From a virus, in the IMG/VR virus record IMGVR_UViG_3300027906_002394, positions 18,961 to 82,960 of that record: 64,000 nt of DNA. One strand, 5' to 3'. The translations under genes and the position numbers were made by a program. The first letter of the stretch is position 1; every line of letters starts with the position of its first letter. The notes beneath the pieces were generated by a model. The model searched no databases. It saw nothing but the letters and a program-made list of their open reading frames with translations, and was not told the DNA's origin. Shown here in pieces: positions 53,319 through 63,143 of this stretch.

Positions 53319-54923
53319 ATGGCCATTCTGTTACTAGAACAGGCGAGGTTTCATCAGGCGAGGTCTTTCTATAGAGACATCTATAACGGCAATGATAAGT
53401 TTTATCTTGCCGCCTCGCGTACTGAAACATGGACGGATGATACTGCGCCTGATACATCGGTAGATAATCGTGTCGATGTGCAGAAGTTCAGAGACAAGAT
53501 ACTTTTTGTAAAAAGGGTACAGTCTGCTGATACGGCTATGTTAGCTCGTAGGATTGATTGGGACTCTACAGGTAATACTGTATATGATAGGTATGATGAT
53601 GCCTATACATCAACCAATAAAGCAAATTCTGGAGCTATATCATTACAAACTTCAAACTTTTATGTGTTAACAGATGCATTTAATGTTTATAAGTGTATTG
53701 ATAATAACGGTAATGCGAAAAGTACTTCAAAACCAGATAGTACTGGTACGGAGATATTCACAACAGCGGATGGTTATAAATGGAAGTTCTTATTTCAAGT
53801 AGGTGCTTCTGATAGAACTAAATTCCTTTCTACTTCATATATGCCAGTTAGAAAGGTATCTGGTGCTGGTCAACCATCTTTTGATGTTAATGGTGAATTA
53901 AATAGTATTAATGTTAGTGCTGGGGGAAGTGGATATACTTCAGTTCCTACTGTCACAATTAATGGTGATGGAACTGGTGCTACAGCTAGTGCTGCTCTTA
54001 CAGGTAGTGCGGTATCTAGTATAACTATTGATACTGCTGGTTCTGGATATACCTTTGCAGATGTAGTAATAACAGGTGGCGGAGGAGCTAACGCGAAAGC
54101 AGATGCTGTTCTTGGTAGTACAGATACCCCCTCATTACAAACAAATGTTGAGGGTACTGCTGTTAAAGGTACTATAGATAATATAATAGTAACTAATCAA
54201 GGTACAGATTATACTGCTGGTGATGTAACTCTCACCATTACAGGTGATGGACAAGGCGCAACTTGTGCTGCTGTGGTAAATACAAATGGTAATATTACAG
54301 GAGTTACCATAACAAATCCAGGCTCTGGATATACGACTGCATCTATTACTGTTACACAGGCATCTGGTGGTGGTATTAATGCTTCTTTTAGGTGTATAAT
54401 TGCACCTCTTGATGGACATGGGGCTCATCCGCAAAAGGAATTATTTTGTAAAAGGGTAGGAGTGACAGTATCCTTTGACAATGATTCTAGAGATTTGATT
54501 ACAGGAAACGATTATAGACAAGTAGGTTTGATGAAAAACATAACTAAATATGGGTTAGATACTTTATTCAGCGATGCAACTGGTTCTCCTCATTTCGTTA
54601 TAGGTATAAGTGACCCAAATAATTATGGAGCGGATGATATATTAGAAGCAACAAGCGGAGGTAATTTTACAGTAGCACAACTAAGAGACACCACAGGAAA
54701 TGGTACGGACGATAGTGTCTATTTACAAGAAAATACTTCTGGTATAGGTTCTTCAGACACAATTACAAATTTAACAAAAGGTCTCTCTTCTTTACCTATA
54801 AATAGTCTTACAAATCCAGAAATCGATATTGATTCTGGAGACATAGTTTACTTTGATAATAGAAAACCTATTACTAGGGAAGAGGGTCAAGTAGAGACAG
54901 TAAAAATAATATTTACTTTCTAA
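53319..54923 (+). CDS. gp8: Baseplate wedge protein gp8
   Basis: RIDW, FYVLT...NVYKCIDN, DGYKWKFL, GHG, DYRQVGL, SGDIVY.DNR.PITR...Q.E..KII. Confidence 0.9.
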   Translation: MAILLLEQARFHQARSFYRDIYNGNDKFYLAASRTETWTDDTAPDTSVDNRVDVQKFRDKILFVKRVQSADTAMLARRIDWDSTGNTVYDRYDDAYTSTNKANSGAISLQTSNFYVLTDAFNVYKCIDNNGNAKSTSKPDSTGTEIFTTADGYKWKFLFQVGASDRTKFLSTSYMPVRKVSGAGQPSFDVNGELNSINVSAGGSGYTSVPTVTINGDGTGATASAALTGSAVSSITIDTAGSGYTFADVVITGGGGANAKADAVLGSTDTPSLQTNVEGTAVKGTIDNIIVTNQGTDYTAGDVTLTITGDGQGATCAAVVNTNGNITGVTITNPGSGYTTASITVTQASGGGINASFRCIIAPLDGHGAHPQKELFCKRVGVTVSFDNDSRDLITGNDYRQVGLMKNITKYGLDTLFSDATGSPHFVIGISDPNNYGADDILEATSGGNFTVAQLRDTTGNGTDDSVYLQENTSGIGSSDTITNLTKGLSSLPINSLTNPEIDIDSGDIVYFDNRKPITREEGQVETVKIIFTF

Positions 54924-54934
54924 GGGAATAAAAG

Positions 54935-57900
54935 ATGGCAATTGATTTAAATGTAACACCATATTATAATGACTTTTCAGCGGCGAAAAAGTTTAACCGC
55001 GTAGTCTTTAAGCCTGGCGTTGCTGTACAAGCAAGGGAATTAACACAATTACAAGATTATGTACTAAACACTATAAAAGAGTTTGGTGATTTTGTATTCA
55101 AAGATGGTGCTACAGTAAGGGGTGGTGCTGGATATCCTGTTGTTAGTGATTACATCAAAGTTAATGACCTTGATGCTAGTTCAGTTGCTGTTTCAAATGA
55201 CTCTCTCGCAAATTATGTTGGTGACACCTTAACAGGTGGCACTACTGGAATCACCGCAATTATTAAAGGTGTTAAGACAGGTTTAGATACAGACGCTGTT
55301 GAGAAGAAAACACTTTACTTGAACTACCAGAAAGGTAATGAAACAAATGCTGGTTCTGGAGAAGCTGGTTCAATAAGATTTGATGCTGGAGAAACTTTAA
55401 CAGTAACCAGTACCGATTCTGGAAGAAACGGAGACACTTTTGTTGTAGATAGTAATACTAGTGTTAATACCTACACCAAAAATTTCTATGGAAAATGTAT
55501 TGACTTTACGATTGAAGAAGGTATAATATATGCACAGGGCAAATTTATTGCTCATGATGGACAGACTATAAGACTTGACCCATTTAACCCAAATGTTAAC
55601 TATTATATTGGTGTTAAAGTTAAAGAAACTATTGTTACTTCAGATGACGATACAAGTCTTTTAGACCCAGCAAGTGGAGCTTATAACTACAATGCTCCTG
55701 GCGCCGATAGGTCAAAAATAGATACAGAAATATTTAAAGTTCCATTTGGAAAGAACTATGTTTTAGGCACCGCGTATGAATTAGGAGAGATGATATCAAA
55801 TGGTGACAACATTTATGAAGTCACTACTGCTGGTACAGCTGCTGCTTCTGGAGATGGCCCAGTTCACACAACTGGTAATGCTACAGACGGAAGTGTGGTA
55901 TTCAAATATTATGAAATGCCTGAAGGATTTACTACTCTTTACAAAGTTACAAAAGGATTAATTGAGAAGAAATACGATTCTGATATAGCAGAACTTGCAG
56001 AGTTAGGTAAACAACTTGCGACAGAAAAAAGAGAAAGTGATGGTGACTATGTAGTTGAACCATTTACTTTAAAGATAGTAGAACATTTAAAGACTATAAA
56101 GGGTGTTGCTTTTAATACAGGTGCTAACACCAATTATAGTGTTGGACAATTTGTAAACCATAGTGGTAACCTTTATGAAGTAATGGTTGCTGGTACTTCC
56201 GCGTTTGGCACTCCACCTGTACATACAAGTGGGGATGTAGCAAGTGGTACTGTTAAATTTGGTTACCGTGGTCTTTCTTATAGAATCAATAACGATGGAT
56301 GGCATTTCTCTACTGACCCAGTACAGGCTGGTGATTCTGATTATGTTGTTGCCTTGGTATCGCCTGGCATCGCGTATGCAAATGGATATCGAAGAGAGTT
56401 TTTTAGAAATACTCCAGTAAAAATTAGAAAAGGAACATCTACTGAAATAAAAGAATCAAGAGATGTTACTATGGGTTATGGTAACTATTTCAATATTAAT
56501 GAAGTTGCTGGAACCTTTGATATAGAAAATGGCGGAATAGTTAATATTGGATATTATGGAAGTATTGGTTCACAGACTGCTGCTGCCGCTGTTACAGATG
56601 GAACATATGGTGGACATGCTGCTCTTACTACAGTAATAGGAACATGTAGGGTTCGTGCTTTGAAGAGGGCATCTGGAAATCCAGGCGCCGCTGCTACGGA
56701 GTATAGACTTTATGTTTATGATATAAGAATTAATAACGGAAACTTAAAAGACGCTAGGTCAATCCAATTTCCAAACTCCACAGATAGTGGTTTTGCTGAT
56801 ATTAAATTAGAAGATGTAAATGGTGACGGAACTAAAGACACCGCTGTTGTACATGGTGCGGAATATAACAAATTAATTTATAACACACCTTGGAGTCATA
56901 CTAAGACTCTTCAAGCTGGTGGAAGTTACGATACTGCATATTATTACACAGAAGAATTCAATGTTAGTGTTTCTGCTGCTGGTACATTTACTATTAGTAC
57001 TTCTGGATTAGGTTCAGAAGTCATATTCCCATATACTGCTGGTTCACTAACTCAAACTATATTGGATAACAAATTTTACATGGTTTGTAAAACTGGTAGT
57101 GTTACAGATTTTGGTGATGGTACTACAATATCTGGTTCAGAAGGTAGGGTCATTCGACTTGCACCAGCTCAAATAATTTCTGCTGCCAATGGGCAAAGTA
57201 TGGAATTTAATATGGGTACTCCAAGTGGCCCATATGACGCTTACTTACAGATAGAATGTAAAGTAGTAGATGCTATACCTGTACCGAAAGCATTAAACAT
57301 AGGAAGATATGTTAAACTAGATACTAGAGATAATGCTGGTGGGGCAAACGGGCCATGGAATCTTGGTATCGTAGATGTACAAGAAATTACCGCAGTATAT
57401 ATTAGAGACACAGCTTCCTATAATGATTGGGCTGACCACAATTCAGCAGAAAATCCAGTTAACTATGTTGATGATTTTATTCTTGACAGAGGACAAACAG
57501 ATAATTTCTATGGTCACGCGAAACTTCTAAAAAAAGGAAGTTCTAGTCTTAATATGACCAACAAATATGTTACGGTTGTATTAAATCACTTTGATGCTAA
57601 CTATGGTGGTTCAAATGGAACATATTTTGCAAAAGATTCTTATCCAGTAGATGATACTGGTGCTACTGGTATATACACATTTGAATTGCCTGTTTATAAA
57701 TCTACAAAGTTAGGACAGTACCCTTTAAGGGACGCAATTGATTTTAGACCTAGAGTTAAAAATACTGCTGTTTCTGCTACTATATTGAGCGCTGCTACTG
57801 ATAACCCATATAGAACAGAGGAATTTGATTTACCCACAAATGGTATTCAATTCCCAACTCCAAATAGTGCTTTTACTACAGATATAGAGTATTACTTACC

Positions 57901-60900
57901 AAGGGTTGATAAACTAGTAATTAGTAAATCTGGACAGATGAAGATTGTAGAAGGTGTTTCTAAACTTCCTGCTTCAGCGCCGCCAGAACAAGATGCAATG
58001 TTAATCGCAAGAATAGAAGTTCCACCATTCCCTTCTATTGCACCTAATTTAGCAGAAAGGTATAATGCAGATAGAGATGCTGTACGACATCAATTAGAAG
58101 GACAAACTAGACGATATAAGATGTCTGATATTGCTAGTATCGAGAAAAGAATTAATAGACTAGAATATTATCTTGCTTTAAGTTTGATGGAAATGCAGGC
58201 AAAAGACCAAGTTATTCTGGACGCGAATGGAAACGATAGATTTAAAAATGGTATCTATGTAAATGCATTTGATTCTGATTTATTGAGTGACCTAAAAGAC
58301 CCAAGTTATGCTGCTTCTTACAACTCATCTAAGAAAAGATTAGGGCCAAACTTTGAAGATTACCAGATAGATTTAAAATTAAATGAGACTCATGGTACTT
58401 CTGGGTGGACACGCTCTGGAAGTATGATTCATAGACCTATAGTTAAATATAATTGGCAGGGAAGCACGGCAGCTACTAAAGTTAGAAACTGTGTTGGTGA
58501 ATTACAGTTTAATTATTGGGGAGAGATGGACATATATCCTCGTTCAGACAATGGTGCTACTTACAAGAAACAGATGCAGAAACAAACTATTACGCTTTCA
58601 AATGCATCTGCTATTGCCGCTCAAGTTGCAGAAGTTAATTCTAGTAAGAATGTTGTAGGGATGGAAACAACTTTTGAATTGGGAGTTTGGGATTCAGAAA
58701 ACGAAAGTATGGAAATTGGTGCAACCAAAACTGTAGTAAAAGAAAATGTTACAGTAGAAACTACTTCTGATGCTGCTTCTACAGCAACTAATGATAATAC
58801 TCCTGCTCAACCAACGGTTACGAGAGAAGGTAATATGGTAACCGTATCAACTCCAGTAGATATAACTGGCAGTATTTCTGGGGAAGCATCTTTTGGTCAG
58901 ACTATAGAGACAATGGATGTTGTCACGAGGTCAGTTCCACAAATCATGACCGCACAGGCTGTTCCTGCTGACCCACAAACACATGCGATGGGTAACTTTG
59001 TTAGGGATACAACTTTCCTACCAAATATGAGACAGAATAGAGTTGGAATTAGGGTTCGTAGAATGAAACCTAATACGCGATTATGGTTCTATTTTGATGA
59101 CGAACTTCAATGGGCAAGATGTACACCATGTGACCCCGCTGCCTTTGATAAAATAATTCCTCAATGGCAGGCTTCTGGTGCAAGAACAGGGCATGCTTTC
59201 CTTCAGGCGAGAAGAAGTTCTATTCCAATCGGAGGTACAGAAGACGCTAGTTTGAATTATTATTTCTCTGGAACAGAACCCGCTGATATGGGAGACCCAA
59301 TCGTAACAGATGAAAACGGTGACGCTGCTTTTGTTTACTGGTTGCCTGCTGGTAATGATGATGGTGCTGGTAAAAACAAATTCGGAAGACAGACTTTCCC
59401 AGTTGGTACTAGGAGAATGAGGGTAACAGATGACCCATACGACAGAGAGAATTTTACAACAACTGCTGCTGAGAATATATACTCCGCGTTTGCTTTACAA
59501 GTTCATAGACAGGAAATAGATTTAATATATGAACAACACAGTATTTCTTATGGGTCAAAACCTGATCCATCGGCAGCAACATATGACCACAAAGGAACGG
59601 TAGTTACAGACTCTAACTTGCAGCCTGGCCAGATGACTTTGACCACAAACCTAGAAGCAAAAACGGAAACTCACTTTGTTGTTATGAACAATGGAATGAC
59701 CGACCCACTTGCACAAACATTCGGTGTTATGCTTAAACCAAATGGAGGATATGCTAAGAAGGTTATGGTTTGGTTTAGGGATAGGCCTGGCAAACAGTCT
59801 AACCAAACAACACTTAATGATACTGGACAGGGTATTACATGTGAGATAAGGAAAACATTAAATGGATTCCCAACATCAACTGTATTGGCTGGTGGAAGAA
59901 AATACTTAAAGAACACAGAAGTAAATACTACTCGTGATGCTAATGACCTTTCTGGTCTTGGATTTGGTAGATTTATTAATTACGCCTTTGAAGACCAAGA
60001 TGCTACGACATTTGAATTTGATGAACCAATATACCTCGCACCAAATGAAGAGTATGCAATTGTTCTTATGCCAGAAGCTAATGACCCTAACTATAATGTT
60101 TGGTGTTCTAAACTGGGTGAGAATAAAATAGGTACTAAAGAAAGAGTTACCGCTGAAGAAACAGCAATGGCAGGAATGTTATTCTCTTCTGCAAACAACA
60201 GGGCTTGGAGTCCTCACCAAACAGAAGATTTAAAATATCAAATAGGTTTTGCTGAGTTTGAAGAAGGAACAGGAACAGTTGAGTTGGTTAATGAAGACCA
60301 AGAATTCTGTACTGGTTCTGATTATCTAAATGGTAGACCAGAAGAAGGACAAGATGTTCATGCTTTCAATGTTGTTATTGCTGGTGGTGGTAGTGGATAT
60401 AGTGTTGATGATATTATCACTCTGAACGCGGTGAATGTTACTTCAAATAGTAATATATGTGCTGGAAGTGGAGTTAAATTAAAAGTAACTTCAGTAAGTG
60501 GTGGTGTTATAACTGGTGTCTCAGTAGTTGATGCTGGTATAGGGTTTAAATTACAAAGAAACCCAGACAACAGACAGATAGTAGATCCAGGCACCGTAGG
60601 ACAATTAAGTGTTGCTCCTACTGGCGGTTCTGGTGCTACATTTACTCTGAAAATTAAACACGGTCAAATAGATGATATTGACCCAAGGACAGAAAAACTA
60701 GAAATCATTTATGATGATTTAACAGTTGAAGCTGCTCATACAGATAGTACGAGGTTCTTTGCTGTCGGTGATATGGTTGGTACAGGAGATGTTCTTACCA
60801 TTGACTCAACACAAGGACAAAATAAAAATACTACATTTAAGATTGCTAGTATTTACAACAAACCATTTAATAACTATAGAACAAATACAACCATTAAAGA

Positions 60901-62032
60901 ATTCCCAGAAGGAAGAATAACATATCAGGCGTGTACTACTTCTTCATCTGGAGCTAGTGCTGCTGGTTCTACTTTCACAGATATTTTACCTGTAGTAAGA
61001 CAATTTGCTCCTTCAGAACAGGCAATATACTCCGCTTCTAATGAAGCTGGATTTACTGGTTCTGGTAGACTTGCGAAAAAATCATTTAGAACAAGATTCA
61101 ATATCTCTACTGAAGATAAAGATTTAACTCCAGTTGTACCATTGTATCGTAACGCGATGATTACTAGGAATTTCTTAATCAACAATGATTCTACAGGTGA
61201 GACAGGAAATAACGGTAACGCTACATCCAAGTTTATCTCTAGAAGAGTAAGACTTGCTGATGGACAAGAGGCAGAAGATTGCAGACTTTCAGTTGCTCTT
61301 AAACAACCGCCTGGCTCTCAGTTTAAGATATACTTTAAGGGTCAATCACCAGAAGATGATGGTGATTTTTATGAGGATATACCTTGGGTAGAAATGCAAC
61401 TAATAGCAGGACAGACTGCTGGGGTTTCTGCTTCCAATAACTCTTTCGTAGATTTTAATTTTGAATTGCCTTCTACTGCATTGGATTCGGATAATGTTTT
61501 CAAATATACAAGTAAGAGGGTAAATGCTCTCACTATTGGAACCGCTGGTAGTGGATACGCTTCTACATCTAATGTAGAAATATTCTTTAGTGGTGGTGGT
61601 ACTCCGACTAGACAGGCAGCTGTGAAATGTACTACATTATCTGGTGGTGGTCTCGGTACTTTAGAAATTGTAGACCCAGGCCGTGGATATGCATCTGCTC
61701 CTACTGTTACTGTAGCACAATCGCATGAAGTAAGTAAATACTATGCTGCTGGTACATTTGTTGGACACTTAACCAAACTGTATGAATGTACGGTTGGTGG
61801 AACAACAGGAGCTGCTTCTGCCGCTTCCGCACCAACACACGGTTCTGGTACTGCTACAGATGGAACAGTAACATGGACTTACAGAGGAGTTAGACCCGCT
61901 GTTACATGTACTGTTGCTGACACAGACTTCAAGAGATTTAAGTATTTCTCTACGAAGATGGTAATGTTGTCAACAAATTCATCTAACATTCCAGAAGCAA
62001 AACAATTAAGGGTTATCGCCTTACAGGCATAA
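54935..62032 (+). CDS. Large virion structural protein (DUF4815/VrlC-like)
   Basis: LNVTPYYNDF, FKPG.AVQARELTQLQ, APGADR, YYLPRVDKL, IEKRINRLEYY, DPLAQTF, EDLKY; 2365 aa. Confidence 0.85.
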   Translation: MAIDLNVTPYYNDFSAAKKFNRVVFKPGVAVQARELTQLQDYVLNTIKEFGDFVFKDGATVRGGAGYPVVSDYIKVNDLDASSVAVSNDSLANYVGDTLTGGTTGITAIIKGVKTGLDTDAVEKKTLYLNYQKGNETNAGSGEAGSIRFDAGETLTVTSTDSGRNGDTFVVDSNTSVNTYTKNFYGKCIDFTIEEGIIYAQGKFIAHDGQTIRLDPFNPNVNYYIGVKVKETIVTSDDDTSLLDPASGAYNYNAPGADRSKIDTEIFKVPFGKNYVLGTAYELGEMISNGDNIYEVTTAGTAAASGDGPVHTTGNATDGSVVFKYYEMPEGFTTLYKVTKGLIEKKYDSDIAELAELGKQLATEKRESDGDYVVEPFTLKIVEHLKTIKGVAFNTGANTNYSVGQFVNHSGNLYEVMVAGTSAFGTPPVHTSGDVASGTVKFGYRGLSYRINNDGWHFSTDPVQAGDSDYVVALVSPGIAYANGYRREFFRNTPVKIRKGTSTEIKESRDVTMGYGNYFNINEVAGTFDIENGGIVNIGYYGSIGSQTAAAAVTDGTYGGHAALTTVIGTCRVRALKRASGNPGAAATEYRLYVYDIRINNGNLKDARSIQFPNSTDSGFADIKLEDVNGDGTKDTAVVHGAEYNKLIYNTPWSHTKTLQAGGSYDTAYYYTEEFNVSVSAAGTFTISTSGLGSEVIFPYTAGSLTQTILDNKFYMVCKTGSVTDFGDGTTISGSEGRVIRLAPAQIISAANGQSMEFNMGTPSGPYDAYLQIECKVVDAIPVPKALNIGRYVKLDTRDNAGGANGPWNLGIVDVQEITAVYIRDTASYNDWADHNSAENPVNYVDDFILDRGQTDNFYGHAKLLKKGSSSLNMTNKYVTVVLNHFDANYGGSNGTYFAKDSYPVDDTGATGIYTFELPVYKSTKLGQYPLRDAIDFRPRVKNTAVSATILSAATDNPYRTEEFDLPTNGIQFPTPNSAFTTDIEYYLPRVDKLVISKSGQMKIVEGVSKLPASAPPEQDAMLIARIEVPPFPSIAPNLAERYNADRDAVRHQLEGQTRRYKMSDIASIEKRINRLEYYLALSLMEMQAKDQVILDANGNDRFKNGIYVNAFDSDLLSDLKDPSYAASYNSSKKRLGPNFEDYQIDLKLNETHGTSGWTRSGSMIHRPIVKYNWQGSTAATKVRNCVGELQFNYWGEMDIYPRSDNGATYKKQMQKQTITLSNASAIAAQVAEVNSSKNVVGMETTFELGVWDSENESMEIGATKTVVKENVTVETTSDAASTATNDNTPAQPTVTREGNMVTVSTPVDITGSISGEASFGQTIETMDVVTRSVPQIMTAQAVPADPQTHAMGNFVRDTTFLPNMRQNRVGIRVRRMKPNTRLWFYFDDELQWARCTPCDPAAFDKIIPQWQASGARTGHAFLQARRSSIPIGGTEDASLNYYFSGTEPADMGDPIVTDENGDAAFVYWLPAGNDDGAGKNKFGRQTFPVGTRRMRVTDDPYDRENFTTTAAENIYSAFALQVHRQEIDLIYEQHSISYGSKPDPSAATYDHKGTVVTDSNLQPGQMTLTTNLEAKTETHFVVMNNGMTDPLAQTFGVMLKPNGGYAKKVMVWFRDRPGKQSNQTTLNDTGQGITCEIRKTLNGFPTSTVLAGGRKYLKNTEVNTTRDANDLSGLGFGRFINYAFEDQDATTFEFDEPIYLAPNEEYAIVLMPEANDPNYNVWCSKLGENKIGTKERVTAEETAMAGMLFSSANNRAWSPHQTEDLKYQIGFAEFEEGTGTVELVNEDQEFCTGSDYLNGRPEEGQDVHAFNVVIAGGGSGYSVDDIITLNAVNVTSNSNICAGSGVKLKVTSVSGGVITGVSVVDAGIGFKLQRNPDNRQIVDPGTVGQLSVAPTGGSGATFTLKIKHGQIDDIDPRTEKLEIIYDDLTVEAAHTDSTRFFAVGDMVGTGDVLTIDSTQGQNKNTTFKIASIYNKPFNNYRTNTTIKEFPEGRITYQACTTSSSGASAAGSTFTDILPVVRQFAPSEQAIYSASNEAGFTGSGRLAKKSFRTRFNISTEDKDLTPVVPLYRNAMITRNFLINNDSTGETGNNGNATSKFISRRVRLADGQEAEDCRLSVALKQPPGSQFKIYFKGQSPEDDGDFYEDIPWVEMQLIAGQTAGVSASNNSFVDFNFELPSTALDSDNVFKYTSKRVNALTIGTAGSGYASTSNVEIFFSGGGTPTRQAAVKCTTLSGGGLGTLEIVDPGRGYASAPTVTVAQSHEVSKYYAAGTFVGHLTKLYECTVGGTTGAASAASAPTHGSGTATDGTVTWTYRGVRPAVTCTVADTDFKRFKYFSTKMVMLSTNSSNIPEAKQLRVIALQA

Positions 62033-62042
62033 TAAATAGAAT

Positions 62043-62270
62043 ATGAGTCAATATCAAGTATCAAAATTAGAGTATAACAGAGATGAAGAATCTGGAGCTT
62101 TGGTAAATGTAGATGATAATGGTTTGGCTGCATATAAGAGAAGGAAATTTCTTTCAAAAAAAAGAAACAATCAGATAGATGAAATGTCAAATGATATAAA
62201 TAGTCTGAAGGAAGATTTTCAAGAAATCAAAAGCATTTTAATGCAACTTGTTAACAATATTGATAAATAA
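62043..62270 (+). CDS. Small hypothetical structural-module protein
   Basis: RDEESGALVN and C-terminal coiled coil; AATAAATA just upstream. Confidence 0.7.
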   Translation: MSQYQVSKLEYNRDEESGALVNVDDNGLAAYKRRKFLSKKRNNQIDEMSNDINSLKEDFQEIKSILMQLVNNIDK

Positions 62271-62286
62271 AGAATAGGGAAGAGAC

Positions 62287-63132
62287 ATGTCAACTATAAC
62301 ACTAAGAGCTTCTAAAGGTTCCCCCCTCACTAATACCGAGGTGGATACTAACTTTAGTAACCTCAACAACGATAAGTATGAGTCGGGTAATAATGTGTCA
62401 GTCGGTACTCTTACTGCTAGTGGAAATGTTACCTTTGGCATATCTGCCACGGTATCTGCTGCTGGAAGTACACAGGGAACTGCAACCGCATTAACCAAAA
62501 CATACAACATTGTATCTACTGCATCTGCTAACCAAGGGGTAATATTGCCCTCTGCAGCTGCTGGTCTAGTAATCAACCTCTATAATGTAAGTGGTAATAC
62601 TATTAAAGTATATCCTGCTTCTACAGAAACCATCGATGGTGGTTCTGCAAACGCACCGATTGAAGTAGTAACTGCAAATGGTGCCGAATTGGTTGGTGTT
62701 AGTACTGGTGGATGGAGACAAGTAGGTTCTGGTGGAAGTAATGTCGCAGAATTAACAGTAAACACTAGTGCATCTTTACTAGGTTCATTGAAATATGGAG
62801 TATCACCTTCAGTTTCATCTGCTGGTTCCGCTCAAGGTGACGCAACCGCGTTAACAGAAACAATTAATGTAGTAGGAACAGTTGGTGGTTCTGGTGAAGG
62901 TGTAGTTTTACCAACCGCTGCTGCTGGATTACATATAGTTGTTGCTAACATTACCACTACGGACTGCAAATTGTATCCTGCTTCATCTGATACAATAGAG
63001 GGTGGTTCAGCTAATGCTGCTGTAACATTGCCCGCTAAGACTACTTTTACTTTAACATGTAAAGATGCTACCGATTGGGTTAAACATCGAGGACTTGCTG
63101 TATATAACTCATCTGGTACGCTACTCAACTAA
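62287..63132 (+). CDS. Tail fibre-like protein with two internal ~95-aa repeats
   Basis: N-terminal KGSPLTNTEVDTNFSNLN; duplicated VSAAGSTQG.ATALT...GV.LP.AAAGL...YPAS..TI.GGSANA. Confidence 0.7.
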   Translation: MSTITLRASKGSPLTNTEVDTNFSNLNNDKYESGNNVSVGTLTASGNVTFGISATVSAAGSTQGTATALTKTYNIVSTASANQGVILPSAAAGLVINLYNVSGNTIKVYPASTETIDGGSANAPIEVVTANGAELVGVSTGGWRQVGSGGSNVAELTVNTSASLLGSLKYGVSPSVSSAGSAQGDATALTETINVVGTVGGSGEGVVLPTAAAGLHIVVANITTTDCKLYPASSDTIEGGSANAAVTLPAKTTFTLTCKDATDWVKHRGLAVYNSSGTLLN

Positions 63133-63143
63133 GGAGAATTTGA

